From: an uncultured Candidatus Saccharibacteria bacterium
Lineage (GTDB): Bacteria; Patescibacteriota; Minisyncoccia; Phycocordibacterales; DSPV01
Assembly (NCBI GenBank): GCA_964617735.1
Contig: CAZTXT010000002.1
Span: forward strand, 12,536 to 76,535
Direction of reading: 5' to 3'
DNA length: 64,000 nt
Each line of letters opens with the position of its first letter. The first letter of the stretch is position 1. The notes below the pieces were generated by a model. That model saw only the letters and a program-made list of their open reading frames with translations. It was not told the DNA's origin and made no database searches. This document shows positions 29,210-38,041 of the stretch, piece by piece. A program made the position numbers and the translations under genes.

Positions 29210-29820
29210 TCGGAGATATCTTTTATTTCCGGATTGAGCCTGTCTAGGTATCTCACCTTGTCGGGAATATCCTTAATGACGGTCGCTCCCATGCCGATTA
29301 CAACATAATCACCGACCGTAATGTGGTCGCGGATCAAGGTACCCATTCCAACAAACGTACTCTCTCCGATGACCACCCCTCCGCCGGTCGCAACGTTAGG
29401 ATTTAAGTCTGAATGATCCCCGACCACGTTGTCATGATCCACATTGACATGGTTATTGATGAGCACGTTACTGCCGATCTTAGAATTGACGTTGATGTGA
29501 CTGAACGCCCCCACCATGACGTTTTGACCCAGCGAGACGCTATCCTCCACAAATGCTTCTGGGTGAATCGCGTTTACAAATTTCGCGCCCGATCTCTTCA
29601 GAAGCTCATAGGCCTCCCGTCGAAATTGTATGTTGCCGATAGCCACAAAAAAATGATGATCTGGTACGAACTTCTTGAACTCTTCCGTCTTACCCAGCAC
29701 GTGCGGACCCTCGATCTGCTCATCTAAAAAGCCCACGACCCGATTCTTAGGATCATGCTCTAAAATGTTCTTGATGACGAAACCGTTTTGCCCCCCACCA
29801 ACAATAATTATTTTTTTCAT
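29206..29820 (-). CDS. hexapeptide-repeat (left-handed beta-helix) sugar N-acetyltransferase (PglD/NeuD/WbpD-like)
   Basis: An N-terminal Rossmann-like KKIIIVGGGQNG is followed by imperfect hexapeptide repeats. The start was set at MKKIII (29820); the track start is 29868. Confidence 0.7.
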   Translation of the reverse strand: MKKIIIVGGGQNGFVIKNILEHDPKNRVVGFLDEQIEGPHVLGKTEEFKKFVPDHHFFVAIGNIQFRREAYELLKRSGAKFVNAIHPEAFVEDSVSLGQNVMVGAFSHINVNSKIGSNVLINNHVNVDHDNVVGDHSDLNPNVATGGGVVIGESTFVGMGTLIRDHITVGDYVVIGMGATVIKDIPDKVRYLDRLNPEIKDISD

Positions 29821-29907
29821 ATCAAGGCCAGATGAGCCTACGTTACCGATGAACGGCTCATAAATCAAGTCTCTAGTTCCATTTTACACTCCCAATTATA
29901 GCATGCT

Positions 29908-30753
29908 ATGATGACCGCTATGGCTTTTAAAAAATGCGATTGCGAACTCTGCAGATTCGAAAATCCCAAGATCGCGACCGCCGCGATCATTATTAATGAT
30001 CAAAAACTTCTCGTTGCTAAAAGAAACACCGAACCGTTCAAGGGCGCATGGGATTTTTTTGGCGGTTACGCATCGAAGGGCGAGACTCCAGAAGAAAGCC
30101 ATCGCAGAGAAATAAAGGAAGAGCTCGGGACTGACTGCGAAGTTACTTTTTTGGGCGCCTTTCCCGGCACTGCCAGCTACAAAGAGTTCGAATTTCCTGT
30201 GGTCAATTTCGCGTATCTGACAGAATTAAAAGGCACGATCAAACTCGACACGAAGGAAAACTCGCACGCTGCGTGGATTCCGATCGCGGATATGAAAGAT
30301 ATCGCTTTTGATTCAAACCGAAAAATACTCGATTTTTTGAAGAAGAAATGGACGTTCGATCTAGAGACGTTAAGAAAACTGGTACACCAGCTTGACCCTT
30401 CCGCTGTGGTAAGTGAGCAATCACTCTATAAAGCGATGCTCAACGGTTTTATCAGCACCGTTTACGATGGAGGTAGGCTGGTTGGCATGGGCTGGATCTT
30501 CCCGCGTCAGACGCTTTTACGAAAACAAGCGGTCGTTGAGGACATGATCGTCGACGATAGCGAGCGTGGCAAAGGCCTCGGGAAAAAGATCCTTCTGGAT
30601 CTGCTTGCATGGGCGAAGAGCGAAGGCGTTGAGGTGGTCGAACTGACCACCAATCCAAAACGAGTCGCCGCGAACTCTCTCTACCAAAAAGTTGGTTTCA
30701 AACTCCACGTTACCAACCACTACCTATTGGACTTGGAAAAGTACACCTCGTAA
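29908..30753 (+). CDS. NUDIX hydrolase - GNAT N-acetyltransferase fusion protein
   Basis: The N-terminal Nudix box is GGYASKGETPEESHRREIKEELG. The C-terminal GNAT core is QAVVEDMIVDDSERGKGLGKKILLDLLAWAK... Confidence 0.65.
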   Translation: MMTAMAFKKCDCELCRFENPKIATAAIIINDQKLLVAKRNTEPFKGAWDFFGGYASKGETPEESHRREIKEELGTDCEVTFLGAFPGTASYKEFEFPVVNFAYLTELKGTIKLDTKENSHAAWIPIADMKDIAFDSNRKILDFLKKKWTFDLETLRKLVHQLDPSAVVSEQSLYKAMLNGFISTVYDGGRLVGMGWIFPRQTLLRKQAVVEDMIVDDSERGKGLGKKILLDLLAWAKSEGVEVVELTTNPKRVAANSLYQKVGFKLHVTNHYLLDLEKYTS

Positions 30754-30755
30754 GA

Positions 30756-30792
30756 AAAAGAAACCGCCACGCTATTGTACGTGGCGGCTTTC
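30756..30792. terminator. bidirectional rho-independent terminator between convergent genes
   Basis: An 8-bp stem ccgccacg/cgtggcgg with flanking A-run and T-run (aagaaaaagaaa ... ctttcgtat). Confidence 0.6.
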
Positions 30793-30804
30793 GTATCTGC
30801 TGTG

Positions 30805-31356
30805 TCAGTAAGGGAAGATCGTGTCGTAGAGATCAAGAAGCGCTTTGTGAATACCCGTGTCTGCTAAGAGCTTCTCCCGATTGTACTCCTGGAGACCCCA
30901 ACCAGGAACGTATCCGGTTTTTTCGAGATTTGCTGCCGTATGTTCACGTTCTTGTGGAGTCAGCTCCACAGCAAAAACTTGAACAACGCCATGGCAACCA
31001 ACGTTTTGGGGTTCTTGCTCGCGATCCTTCCAAAGGTACTCGTTCTCTTTCACATAGGTGAAACGCTCCGCCCCAAGAAGCAAGGAAGTCTCTCTAAAGA
31101 AGACCCTCTCGATTGCTTGAATGGGGGTCTGACCAGCAGCTCGCCGTCCGCCGATCACCCAAACTCCCTGCATCGGCTTCTGTGAACGTTTTATAAGCCA
31201 AAACGTCTTACGTAAACTATCAATAACGACAGCGTCCACGCAGACGATGATGAAGCTACGTATCGCTTCCTCGTATGCTGTGGCAGTCATAAAGTACCGC
31301 TGCATACTGTGTTCAGGCGTTTCCCGATAAAGGGTCGGGAGGGTTGCTTCTTTCAC
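30805..31356 (-). CDS. NUDIX-fold hydrolase-like protein (possible GDP-sugar hydrolase analog)
   Basis: It has a degenerate Nudix-like segment, GGRRAAGQTPIQAIERVFFRETSLLLG. The family call is weak. Confidence 0.3.
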   Translation of the reverse strand: MKEATLPTLYRETPEHSMQRYFMTATAYEEAIRSFIIVCVDAVVIDSLRKTFWLIKRSQKPMQGVWVIGGRRAAGQTPIQAIERVFFRETSLLLGAERFTYVKENEYLWKDREQEPQNVGCHGVVQVFAVELTPQEREHTAANLEKTGYVPGWGLQEYNREKLLADTGIHKALLDLYDTIFPY

Positions 31357-31660
31357 AAGATCCTTTCGGTTTGTAGCTACGTGAAAGGGTTTTTAAACCC
31401 TAACAACATAACGAAGTTTAGTGTTTATCTCATCTGGTTATAACACATCTATTAGAAAATGCAATATCTGTACTCTTACTAGTTTCTTAAGTGCTTGCTC
31501 TACCCTATCAGTAAGTACTTGGGGCGAAAGAATGCGGATATATACCAACGTATGCAATTTTCTTAACCGTAGCCATTACATCGATGTGTAACTCGAAAAT
31601 GTCAAAACCTCGAGTACTCCCAACATTTTTATAGTGAGCATCGAGCCGATAATTTCAGGC

Positions 31661-32623
31661 TCATTGAGAACTAGCGAAAAAGGAGCGATGGAGATGCTCG
31701 GCGAGGAATTGTCTTCCCTGCGCATTAAGATGCTCATCAGGAAATGGGCCATGGATAAAATTACTCGAGTCTAGATCAAAAGCCCAATTGAAGCATGTAA
31801 CTCCTTTTTCCGAGAGAACATGACACACGGTCTCTGCGTTCTTTCTGGTTTGAGGCAGGAAGTCTTTACCGACATATCGCTCTCCATTTTGATAATCGAT
31901 CGGCGTCAAATATGAGTACACTGCAATCCCCGCGGCCTGCGCGGTTTCTATCGCGTCCTCAAGTGAGCGGAGCTTACGATGATCTTCGCCCAGGTCGTAC
32001 ATATAATCGTAGATGTAGACGTCTCTGATATTTTCAGTGGTAGTAGCGGACTTCAGTTTATTCTCAAAATCCCTTACCAACCCAACCGTCGTAGTTCCAT
32101 AATACACCGGTGTCTGCAGAAATTTCTCTTCAGGAACCTCATTAAGGTTAAGGGCTCCCAGAATCGCAAGCGGACGATAAAAATCGGTCACTATCTTCGG
32201 CCGAGCTGAAAAGAAGAACTTGAGCTTTTCCGCCTGATACTCGGGTTTTAGATCCCAGCTCGGAGAAAATGAACGCAGATTGATCGGAATGATCACCGCC
32301 TGGGGGCGAACCGCCTCCCGGCTAATGTAGTGAAGATAGATTGCATACATATCAGTGTTATCGGACCCACGCGAAAAGTCGGCGATAGAATATGCCGGGT
32401 CGATTTTCGCGATCTTTTCCGCAACAGTTGATTTGTCCGCTTCGTGGGTTTGTACGGTTTTGGGCACGCTGTCCCCAAAGTAAATGACGCGCTGATGCTC
32501 GCGCAAGAATCTATCGAGCAACGCCACTTCGGGTACTGGGCCGATAATGAATCGAGAGATGAGAATCTGGGAAATAAGGATTATGATCAGAAATCCAAGA
32601 GATTTGTACAAGATCGGTTTCAT
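31661..32623 (-). CDS. membrane-anchored SGNH/DltD-AlgX-like protein (extracytoplasmic partner of the MBOAT)
   Basis: A single N-terminal TM anchor (ILYKSLGFLIIILISQILISRF) is followed by a GDS block (VIYFGDSVP). Its position immediately downstream of the MBOAT resembles DltB-DltD and AlgI-AlgJ/X pairs. The start was set at MKPIL (32623); the track start is 32656. Confidence 0.55.
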   Translation of the reverse strand: MKPILYKSLGFLIIILISQILISRFIIGPVPEVALLDRFLREHQRVIYFGDSVPKTVQTHEADKSTVAEKIAKIDPAYSIADFSRGSDNTDMYAIYLHYISREAVRPQAVIIPINLRSFSPSWDLKPEYQAEKLKFFFSARPKIVTDFYRPLAILGALNLNEVPEEKFLQTPVYYGTTTVGLVRDFENKLKSATTTENIRDVYIYDYMYDLGEDHRKLRSLEDAIETAQAAGIAVYSYLTPIDYQNGERYVGKDFLPQTRKNAETVCHVLSEKGVTCFNWAFDLDSSNFIHGPFPDEHLNAQGRQFLAEHLHRSFFASSQ

Positions 32624-32624
32624 A

Positions 32625-34130
32625 TCAGAATTGGAAATAAATAAAACGGATCTCATGGGTTACACCGAGATTGAGGACCGCAAGGACGCTCAATGCATAG
32701 AGAAGATATCGGATCCATCCAGCGCTCCCATGGATCCGACGCGCCAGATCAAAACGGCTATCCGCTATCTCAACCACAACGAACGCTGCCACGATCGCTA
32801 TATACAAAAAGAGATGAAGTTTTCCTGTCGGAGCGAACGCACTGCTCACAATCTCTCGCAGAGGGTTAAGCGAAAACTCCATAAGGGAAGTCGCCACGGC
32901 AGCGATCGAACTTCCAACGCTTACGATGGCGCTCCTCAAGATAAACAAGGAATCCGAAAATGAGGCGGCTCTGAAGAAAATAAAGCCAGAACAAACCAGC
33001 GCAAAGGTTATTATGACGCTTATCCCGTGGGAAAGTCGGGGAAATCGGGATAATTTGAGAAGTTCAGCGGACCTCTTTCGCCACCGCTCGGTAACCTGTC
33101 CGAGAACTATATAGACGCCATGGATCCCACCAAACGCGACGTAGGTCCACGCCGCACCGTGCCAGAGACCATTGAGCAAAAAGGTGATCAGTGCTGCTCC
33201 CGCGATCCGTATTTGCAGATTCCCTTTTTTCCAGAGCGCGAGCGGATAATAAACATAGTCGCGCAGCCAGTTCGAAAGCGAAATATGCCAACGCCTCCAA
33301 AATTCCGCGATGGAGGGTGCGAGGAACGGCCGGTCAAAATTCACCGTAAGGTCATATCCTAAAACACGCGCCGAGCCGACCGCGATATCGGAATATCCGG
33401 AAAAATCGCCGTAGACCTGAAATGCGAAGAAGACAGTCGCGGCAATGAACGCAAGTCCCGAATACTCGTGGGGGTGGGAGAAAACTGGAGTCGCATAGCT
33501 TGCCAGGTTGTCAGCGATAACGACCTTTTTGAAAAAACCCCACAACATCCGCTCTAACCCGCGCCGAACGGAATCTGGATCGAACGCATGGCTTGCTTTA
33601 AGTTGAGGCAGTAGGTGGGCAGGACGTTCGATGGGGCCAGCCACGAGCTGGGGAAAGAAAAGGACGTAGAGAGCATAGGTCAGGATATTCTTCTCTGCAC
33701 GGTACCGCCCCCAATACACCTCGATCACATAGCTTAAACTTTGAAAGACGTGGAATGAGAGGCCGAGCGGAAGGGCAACCCCGAGAATGACGAGAGGATA
33801 GTTCCAATGTAGAAACTGCGCGATGGTCGCAACGTTTTCGTTGAAAAAGTTGAAGTATTTGAAGAAGAAAAGCGTGCCGATATTGGCGGCGATACTTAAT
33901 AGCAAGAGGATCGTGCGCTTCCTACCCTGGAACTGCTCCATCGCCTGCGCCAAGAAGAAGTCGGTGACAATGAGAAAGATGAGAATAAGGATATACTTCG
34001 GGATAAAAGCCATGTAAAAGTAGCAGCTTGCCGCAAGCATCATCAAGGGACGGACCTTGGGTGCCATCGCATAATACGCAATGACCACTACAGGGAAAAA
34101 GATGAAAAATGAGAGCGAGTTGAATCCCAT
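32625..34130 (-). CDS. MBOAT-family membrane-bound O-acyltransferase (DltB/AlgI/PatA-like)
   Basis: 501 aa and polytopic, with the conserved MBOAT His region WRRWHISLSNWLRDYVYYPL. Confidence 0.85.
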   Translation of the reverse strand: MGFNSLSFFIFFPVVVIAYYAMAPKVRPLMMLAASCYFYMAFIPKYILILIFLIVTDFFLAQAMEQFQGRKRTILLLLSIAANIGTLFFFKYFNFFNENVATIAQFLHWNYPLVILGVALPLGLSFHVFQSLSYVIEVYWGRYRAEKNILTYALYVLFFPQLVAGPIERPAHLLPQLKASHAFDPDSVRRGLERMLWGFFKKVVIADNLASYATPVFSHPHEYSGLAFIAATVFFAFQVYGDFSGYSDIAVGSARVLGYDLTVNFDRPFLAPSIAEFWRRWHISLSNWLRDYVYYPLALWKKGNLQIRIAGAALITFLLNGLWHGAAWTYVAFGGIHGVYIVLGQVTERWRKRSAELLKLSRFPRLSHGISVIITFALVCSGFIFFRAASFSDSLFILRSAIVSVGSSIAAVATSLMEFSLNPLREIVSSAFAPTGKLHLFLYIAIVAAFVVVEIADSRFDLARRIHGSAGWIRYLLYALSVLAVLNLGVTHEIRFIYFQF

Positions 34131-34135
34131 GATAG

Positions 34136-34894
34136 CTACAATTCCTCGGTTTCAGGTGCCACCAGCATGGTTAAATCCTTTTCTTCGCATCGATCCGAAC
34201 AAAGCGAAGATACTACAACCGCCACATCGGATGCTTCAGCGAGTTTACCGGTCGGACTGCCCCTCCTGACCATCTCTAAGAAGGCTGCCGGTGTATCTTT
34301 ATTGAGACCGCCCGGGAGCACCCCCGGTGCGACCGAATAGACCCGAACGGAAAACGGTGCTAGTTCCTCGCGTAGTGCTACAAGCATCCCCTGCTGTGCG
34401 AATTTCATCGGACTATAAGCTCCACGAGCTTTCGTGTTGACTGGAGTAGAAACCGACGCTGTTGTGATCCCAATTAGTACCCCTCTTCCGGCACGCTTGA
34501 GAGCGTCGGCGCAGTGGGAAAGGAAATTAAAACTGCCGAAGACATTGGTCTCGAACTGTTCGCGGAGATCCTCAATCGACGTACGGTAGAGCGGCGCGCG
34601 CTTCGGCAGGGTACCCGCCGCATGAATACATGCGTAAGGAACCTCCCTATAGTCTTGTTCGATACCATCGAGCACACGTGACAGTGCAGAAGAATCTCTA
34701 AGATCGCATGAATACGATCGATGGCCCGATCCGGTAAGCCCCGCAAGAAACTTTGTAACCTCTGGTGCCGAAGATGTGTGGTAGAGCGCTGCGATGAAAA
34801 ACCCGTCAGCAGCGAGTTTGCGGCAAATGGCCGAACCCACATATCCCATTGAGCCTGACACGACCGCGATGTGTTTTTTTGTGCTTTTTGTCAT
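34136..34894 (-). CDS. SDR-family oxidoreductase (FabG-like ketoreductase)
   Basis: Gly-rich dinucleotide motif VVSGSMGYVGSAI and catalytic YSPMK (YxxxK). Confidence 0.8.
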   Translation of the reverse strand: MTKSTKKHIAVVSGSMGYVGSAICRKLAADGFFIAALYHTSSAPEVTKFLAGLTGSGHRSYSCDLRDSSALSRVLDGIEQDYREVPYACIHAAGTLPKRAPLYRTSIEDLREQFETNVFGSFNFLSHCADALKRAGRGVLIGITTASVSTPVNTKARGAYSPMKFAQQGMLVALREELAPFSVRVYSVAPGVLPGGLNKDTPAAFLEMVRRGSPTGKLAEASDVAVVVSSLCSDRCEEKDLTMLVAPETEEL

Positions 34895-34897
34895 CGA

Positions 34898-35323
34898 TCA
34901 ATCTCTGACCTGAACCGTGGCGACCCCACAGACAACCTCTTCTCTGCCCTTGCGGACCGAGATATCCACATCGATGACGCGCGTTGCGGGACTCTTCGAC
35001 TGTACAGTCCCGATGACCTCAACGGTATCCCCCATATACACCGGCTTCTTGAAGCTCAAGGTCTGACGGAGATATAAACAGCTTTCTCCCGGCAAATGCA
35101 TGCCGACCATCCGCGAGCAGAGCGCTCCGATCAGCATCCCATGCACCAGTCTCCGGCCAAAACTCGTCTTTTGCGCGTACGCATCATCCATATGGAGTGG
35201 ATTCTCATCGCCCGAGAGACGCGCGAAGTCCAAAACATCTTGAGCGTTGATAGTACGCTCAAAACGGGCGGTGTCCCCCACTGAGATATCCGAAAAATGC
35301 CGATGTGCAGGGATTTTATTCAT
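34898..35323 (-). CDS. MaoC-like (R)-specific enoyl hydratase/dehydratase (hotdog fold)
   Basis: DENPLHMDDAYAQKTSFGRRLVHGML is the MaoC dehydratase signature. Confidence 0.75.
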   Translation of the reverse strand: MNKIPAHRHFSDISVGDTARFERTINAQDVLDFARLSGDENPLHMDDAYAQKTSFGRRLVHGMLIGALCSRMVGMHLPGESCLYLRQTLSFKKPVYMGDTVEVIGTVQSKSPATRVIDVDISVRKGREEVVCGVATVQVRD

Positions 35324-35550
35324 AAGTTCTTCCCACGCTTAAGAACGACGCGGCGTATATCGCCGACAGTTTTTGAGCTGACGACTTCATCGATAGTAAA
35401 AGAGAAACCGAAACGTTTTTCCAGTTCCGAGATGAAAAATAAGTAGTTCATAGAATCCCATTCCGGGATATCTTTAGGGGAAAGCGAGTCAGAGATGCTC
35501 TGGAGCGGAATCTTAAAAACCCTATGCAGTATGGTATCAAAATCATGCAT
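35320..35550 (-). CDS. acyl carrier protein (phosphopantetheine attachment)
   Basis: 76 aa. EWDSMNYLFFISELEKRFGF contains a DSL-type Ser attachment motif (DSM). Confidence 0.75.
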   Translation of the reverse strand: MHDFDTILHRVFKIPLQSISDSLSPKDIPEWDSMNYLFFISELEKRFGFSFTIDEVVSSKTVGDIRRVVLKRGKNL

Positions 35551-36592
35551 GGCTCAGTTTGACCCAACGAGGGGTTTTAAAAGACTCCGACAGAGAGCCC
35601 TCTCCTCCCCCAAAGACTCTCCGAACAAAATCTCGCGCGGGCCCATTCTTTTCCGACTCGACAAAATCGATGGTCGTCTTCAGGGCACCGCTCTCACTGG
35701 CACGGCGTACAATAAAGGACACAAAAGCATCTTCCACGCCCCGGCCAAATACTCGACAGCTCATCAGAAGGTATTCTATCGCCCACACCGACGGGTTGGT
35801 GCGTACTAGCGCAAACGCGATAACGCCGTAATCCCCGAACCGATCGCTTAACGTAGCATGAAAAACCCGATAGTCGCCGCTTCGGATATATTTTCGTATC
35901 TCGGGTTCAGAGAGTGGTTGCTTGTGGATGTTAAACTGGTTCGTTTTTTCAGTCAGTTGCGAGAGACGTGCAAGATGCAGGTCGCTGTCTTCATAGACTG
36001 TTAGTTCCAGATGTAAACTCTTCAAGAAATCTTCTTTCGTCGGAGAACGACTCTCCTCGGCTCTCCGCAATCTCTCGGTAACATAATAATTTCCGCGCAT
36101 GGTATCTTCATCGGTAACCGCGTCCATTGCAAAATACGGCAAGGCGTTGAGAAAACGAACATAGTCGGAAGGACTCTCCGGCATCTCCGGCGTCTCCACT
36201 TCAGGTACCAGCGAGCGCGCCAGCGCGCGATTGGTCGGATCATCATCCAAAAATACCATCGAGTCGAGACCGATATTCAATTCTTGCGCCAACTCGCGCA
36301 GATTCTGCGCTTTGTCATTCCAATTGATACGCGCTGCCGCGAAGTGATGCTCTTTGAGCACCATATTAGGATGAGCACGTATCACCTGCCACGCATCGTC
36401 AGGATTATTTCTGCTATTGATAGCCAACAAGACACCGCTCTGTTGCCGATCGAGAAGCATTTGTTGAAATGCCAGAAAATAATTCCCGGGCGGATCGAGC
36501 GAAAGCGCGATACCCTCTATACCATCCTCTCCCGCGACGCCTCCCCAGAGGGTATTGTCGAGATCGACTACGATGCATTTTTTGTTATTCAT
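35543..36592 (-). CDS. FkbH-like protein (HAD-superfamily IIIC phosphatase/acyl-ACP-forming loader)
   Basis: HAD motif I VVDLDNTLWGGV, the FkbH-like middle region and a C-terminal GNAT-like tail. The start was chosen at MNNKKCIVVD (36592); the track start is 36646. Confidence 0.7.
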   Translation of the reverse strand: MNNKKCIVVDLDNTLWGGVAGEDGIEGIALSLDPPGNYFLAFQQMLLDRQQSGVLLAINSRNNPDDAWQVIRAHPNMVLKEHHFAAARINWNDKAQNLRELAQELNIGLDSMVFLDDDPTNRALARSLVPEVETPEMPESPSDYVRFLNALPYFAMDAVTDEDTMRGNYYVTERLRRAEESRSPTKEDFLKSLHLELTVYEDSDLHLARLSQLTEKTNQFNIHKQPLSEPEIRKYIRSGDYRVFHATLSDRFGDYGVIAFALVRTNPSVWAIEYLLMSCRVFGRGVEDAFVSFIVRRASESGALKTTIDFVESEKNGPARDFVRRVFGGGEGSLSESFKTPRWVKLSHA

Positions 36593-36935
36593 ATAACTGA
36601 ACCGCAATGGCAACTGCCATGGTCTTTTCATGGCTAATCGAGACAAGTATGGAGCGTTGGTATCGATTGCGGATCCACACTCCCGGTCTTCCGTCCTTAC
36701 CGCGCCGTATCTCGATGCTCCTGATCAAGCGCAGTGGGTCTGTGAAAGTCTTACGTACGGCTTCCTTTGCCGCAAAAGTCCCTGCCAAATGCACCCGAGC
36801 ATCTTTGAAAGAAAAACAATGCGCGCGCTCGATTGCGCTGAAATTGTCAAGCAAAAAGCGACTTTTTCGATCCCGTTCGAACGGCGCAAAACGCTTAACC
36901 GCCACGATATCGATACCGACGCCGCGAACACCCAT
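36585..36935 (-). CDS. acpS: holo-[acyl-carrier-protein] synthase (4'-phosphopantetheinyl transferase, AcpS type)
   Basis: MGVRGVGIDIVAVKRF... (the GIDIV motif) and a length of about 117 aa from the internal start at 36935. Confidence 0.7.
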   Translation of the reverse strand: MGVRGVGIDIVAVKRFAPFERDRKSRFLLDNFSAIERAHCFSFKDARVHLAGTFAAKEAVRKTFTDPLRLIRSIEIRRGKDGRPGVWIRNRYQRSILVSISHEKTMAVAIAVQLYE

Positions 36936-36984
36936 ATGCGCAGTATTGTACCGAAAAAACGGATTTTTACAACGATGCGACCTC

Positions 36985-38040
36985 CTAGAGAGAACGGAGA
37001 ACCGCGGCAACTCTCTCCCCTAAAACCGCCGGGAGTAGAAGTTCTTGATAAGTCTTGTGCGCATTGCGGGATAGACGCGCACGAGCTTCAGGATCGTTTT
37101 TCAAGGAAACGATAGCATGGGCAAGATCCTCGGCATCACAAGCCCTGACGAACGAACAATTTAAACCGTCTGACAAAAGCTCGCGGTTGCTCTTTGAATC
37201 ACGGGTGATAAACGGCATGCCCAGAGCAAGCGCCTCGATCGTCTTATGCTGAATGGTGCGATCGAGCCGTTCATTGTCGCTGAACTGACCCAAGAGCACC
37301 TGCGCCGAAAGCATGGTCCGGCGTAGTTCCGGTGCGTCAAGGAATACACCGATGAGCTTAACTTCAGAGAGTCCGTAACGGCTGATCAGCGCCTTGATCT
37401 TCTCTTGCTGCGCTCCCCAGCCAATGAGAATAAACGTGATCGGTTCATTGCGTAACAGTCGCGCCGCCTCGATCACATATTCAGCGCCGGTCGCTGGCAG
37501 GAACATGCCGCGGAATAAAACGGTAAATCCTGTATTCTTCTTAACCAATGGGTCGGGGTGGAACACCGATTCATCGGCACCGGTGAACACAACGTGCAAT
37601 TTGCGCAGCGGAACAAAAAAGAACTTCGCTATAAAACGTTTTTGTGCCTCGCTTTCAACCAGTATGGCGTCTGAGACTGCAAACGCCAGAAAGTCAGAAA
37701 GCCAGAAAAAGAAAGCATGCAATGAAAACCGCCGATGCATCTCCCGGTCAAGGATATACGCCTCGTACGATGAGGCCAGCGCGTTGTAAATGATCTTTTT
37801 GCGCTGCGCCAGATAGGCGACGATCGCACAGCGTGGACTTAAATATCCTATCCAGATCAGATCGACATCGCGAAGCGCGCGAAGCGCGCGGAAGAGTCCA
37901 GTGTACTTCTTAAAACCTGATCTCTGATCGATGAGCTCCAGGAATCGGATGCCCCGCCGCTTGAGTTCTTCGATATACACCTTATCCCGCGGGGCTGTTG
38001 GTGGATAGATGCCGACAAAAGCTATGCTGCGTACGTGCAT
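36985..38040 (-). CDS. GT4-family glycosyltransferase
   Basis: GT-B fold with a C-terminal E..E-type motif region (HKTIEALALGMPFITRDSKSNRE). Confidence 0.75.
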   Translation of the reverse strand: MHVRSIAFVGIYPPTAPRDKVYIEELKRRGIRFLELIDQRSGFKKYTGLFRALRALRDVDLIWIGYLSPRCAIVAYLAQRKKIIYNALASSYEAYILDREMHRRFSLHAFFFWLSDFLAFAVSDAILVESEAQKRFIAKFFFVPLRKLHVVFTGADESVFHPDPLVKKNTGFTVLFRGMFLPATGAEYVIEAARLLRNEPITFILIGWGAQQEKIKALISRYGLSEVKLIGVFLDAPELRRTMLSAQVLLGQFSDNERLDRTIQHKTIEALALGMPFITRDSKSNRELLSDGLNCSFVRACDAEDLAHAIVSLKNDPEARARLSRNAHKTYQELLLPAVLGERVAAVLRSL

Positions 38041-38041
38041 A

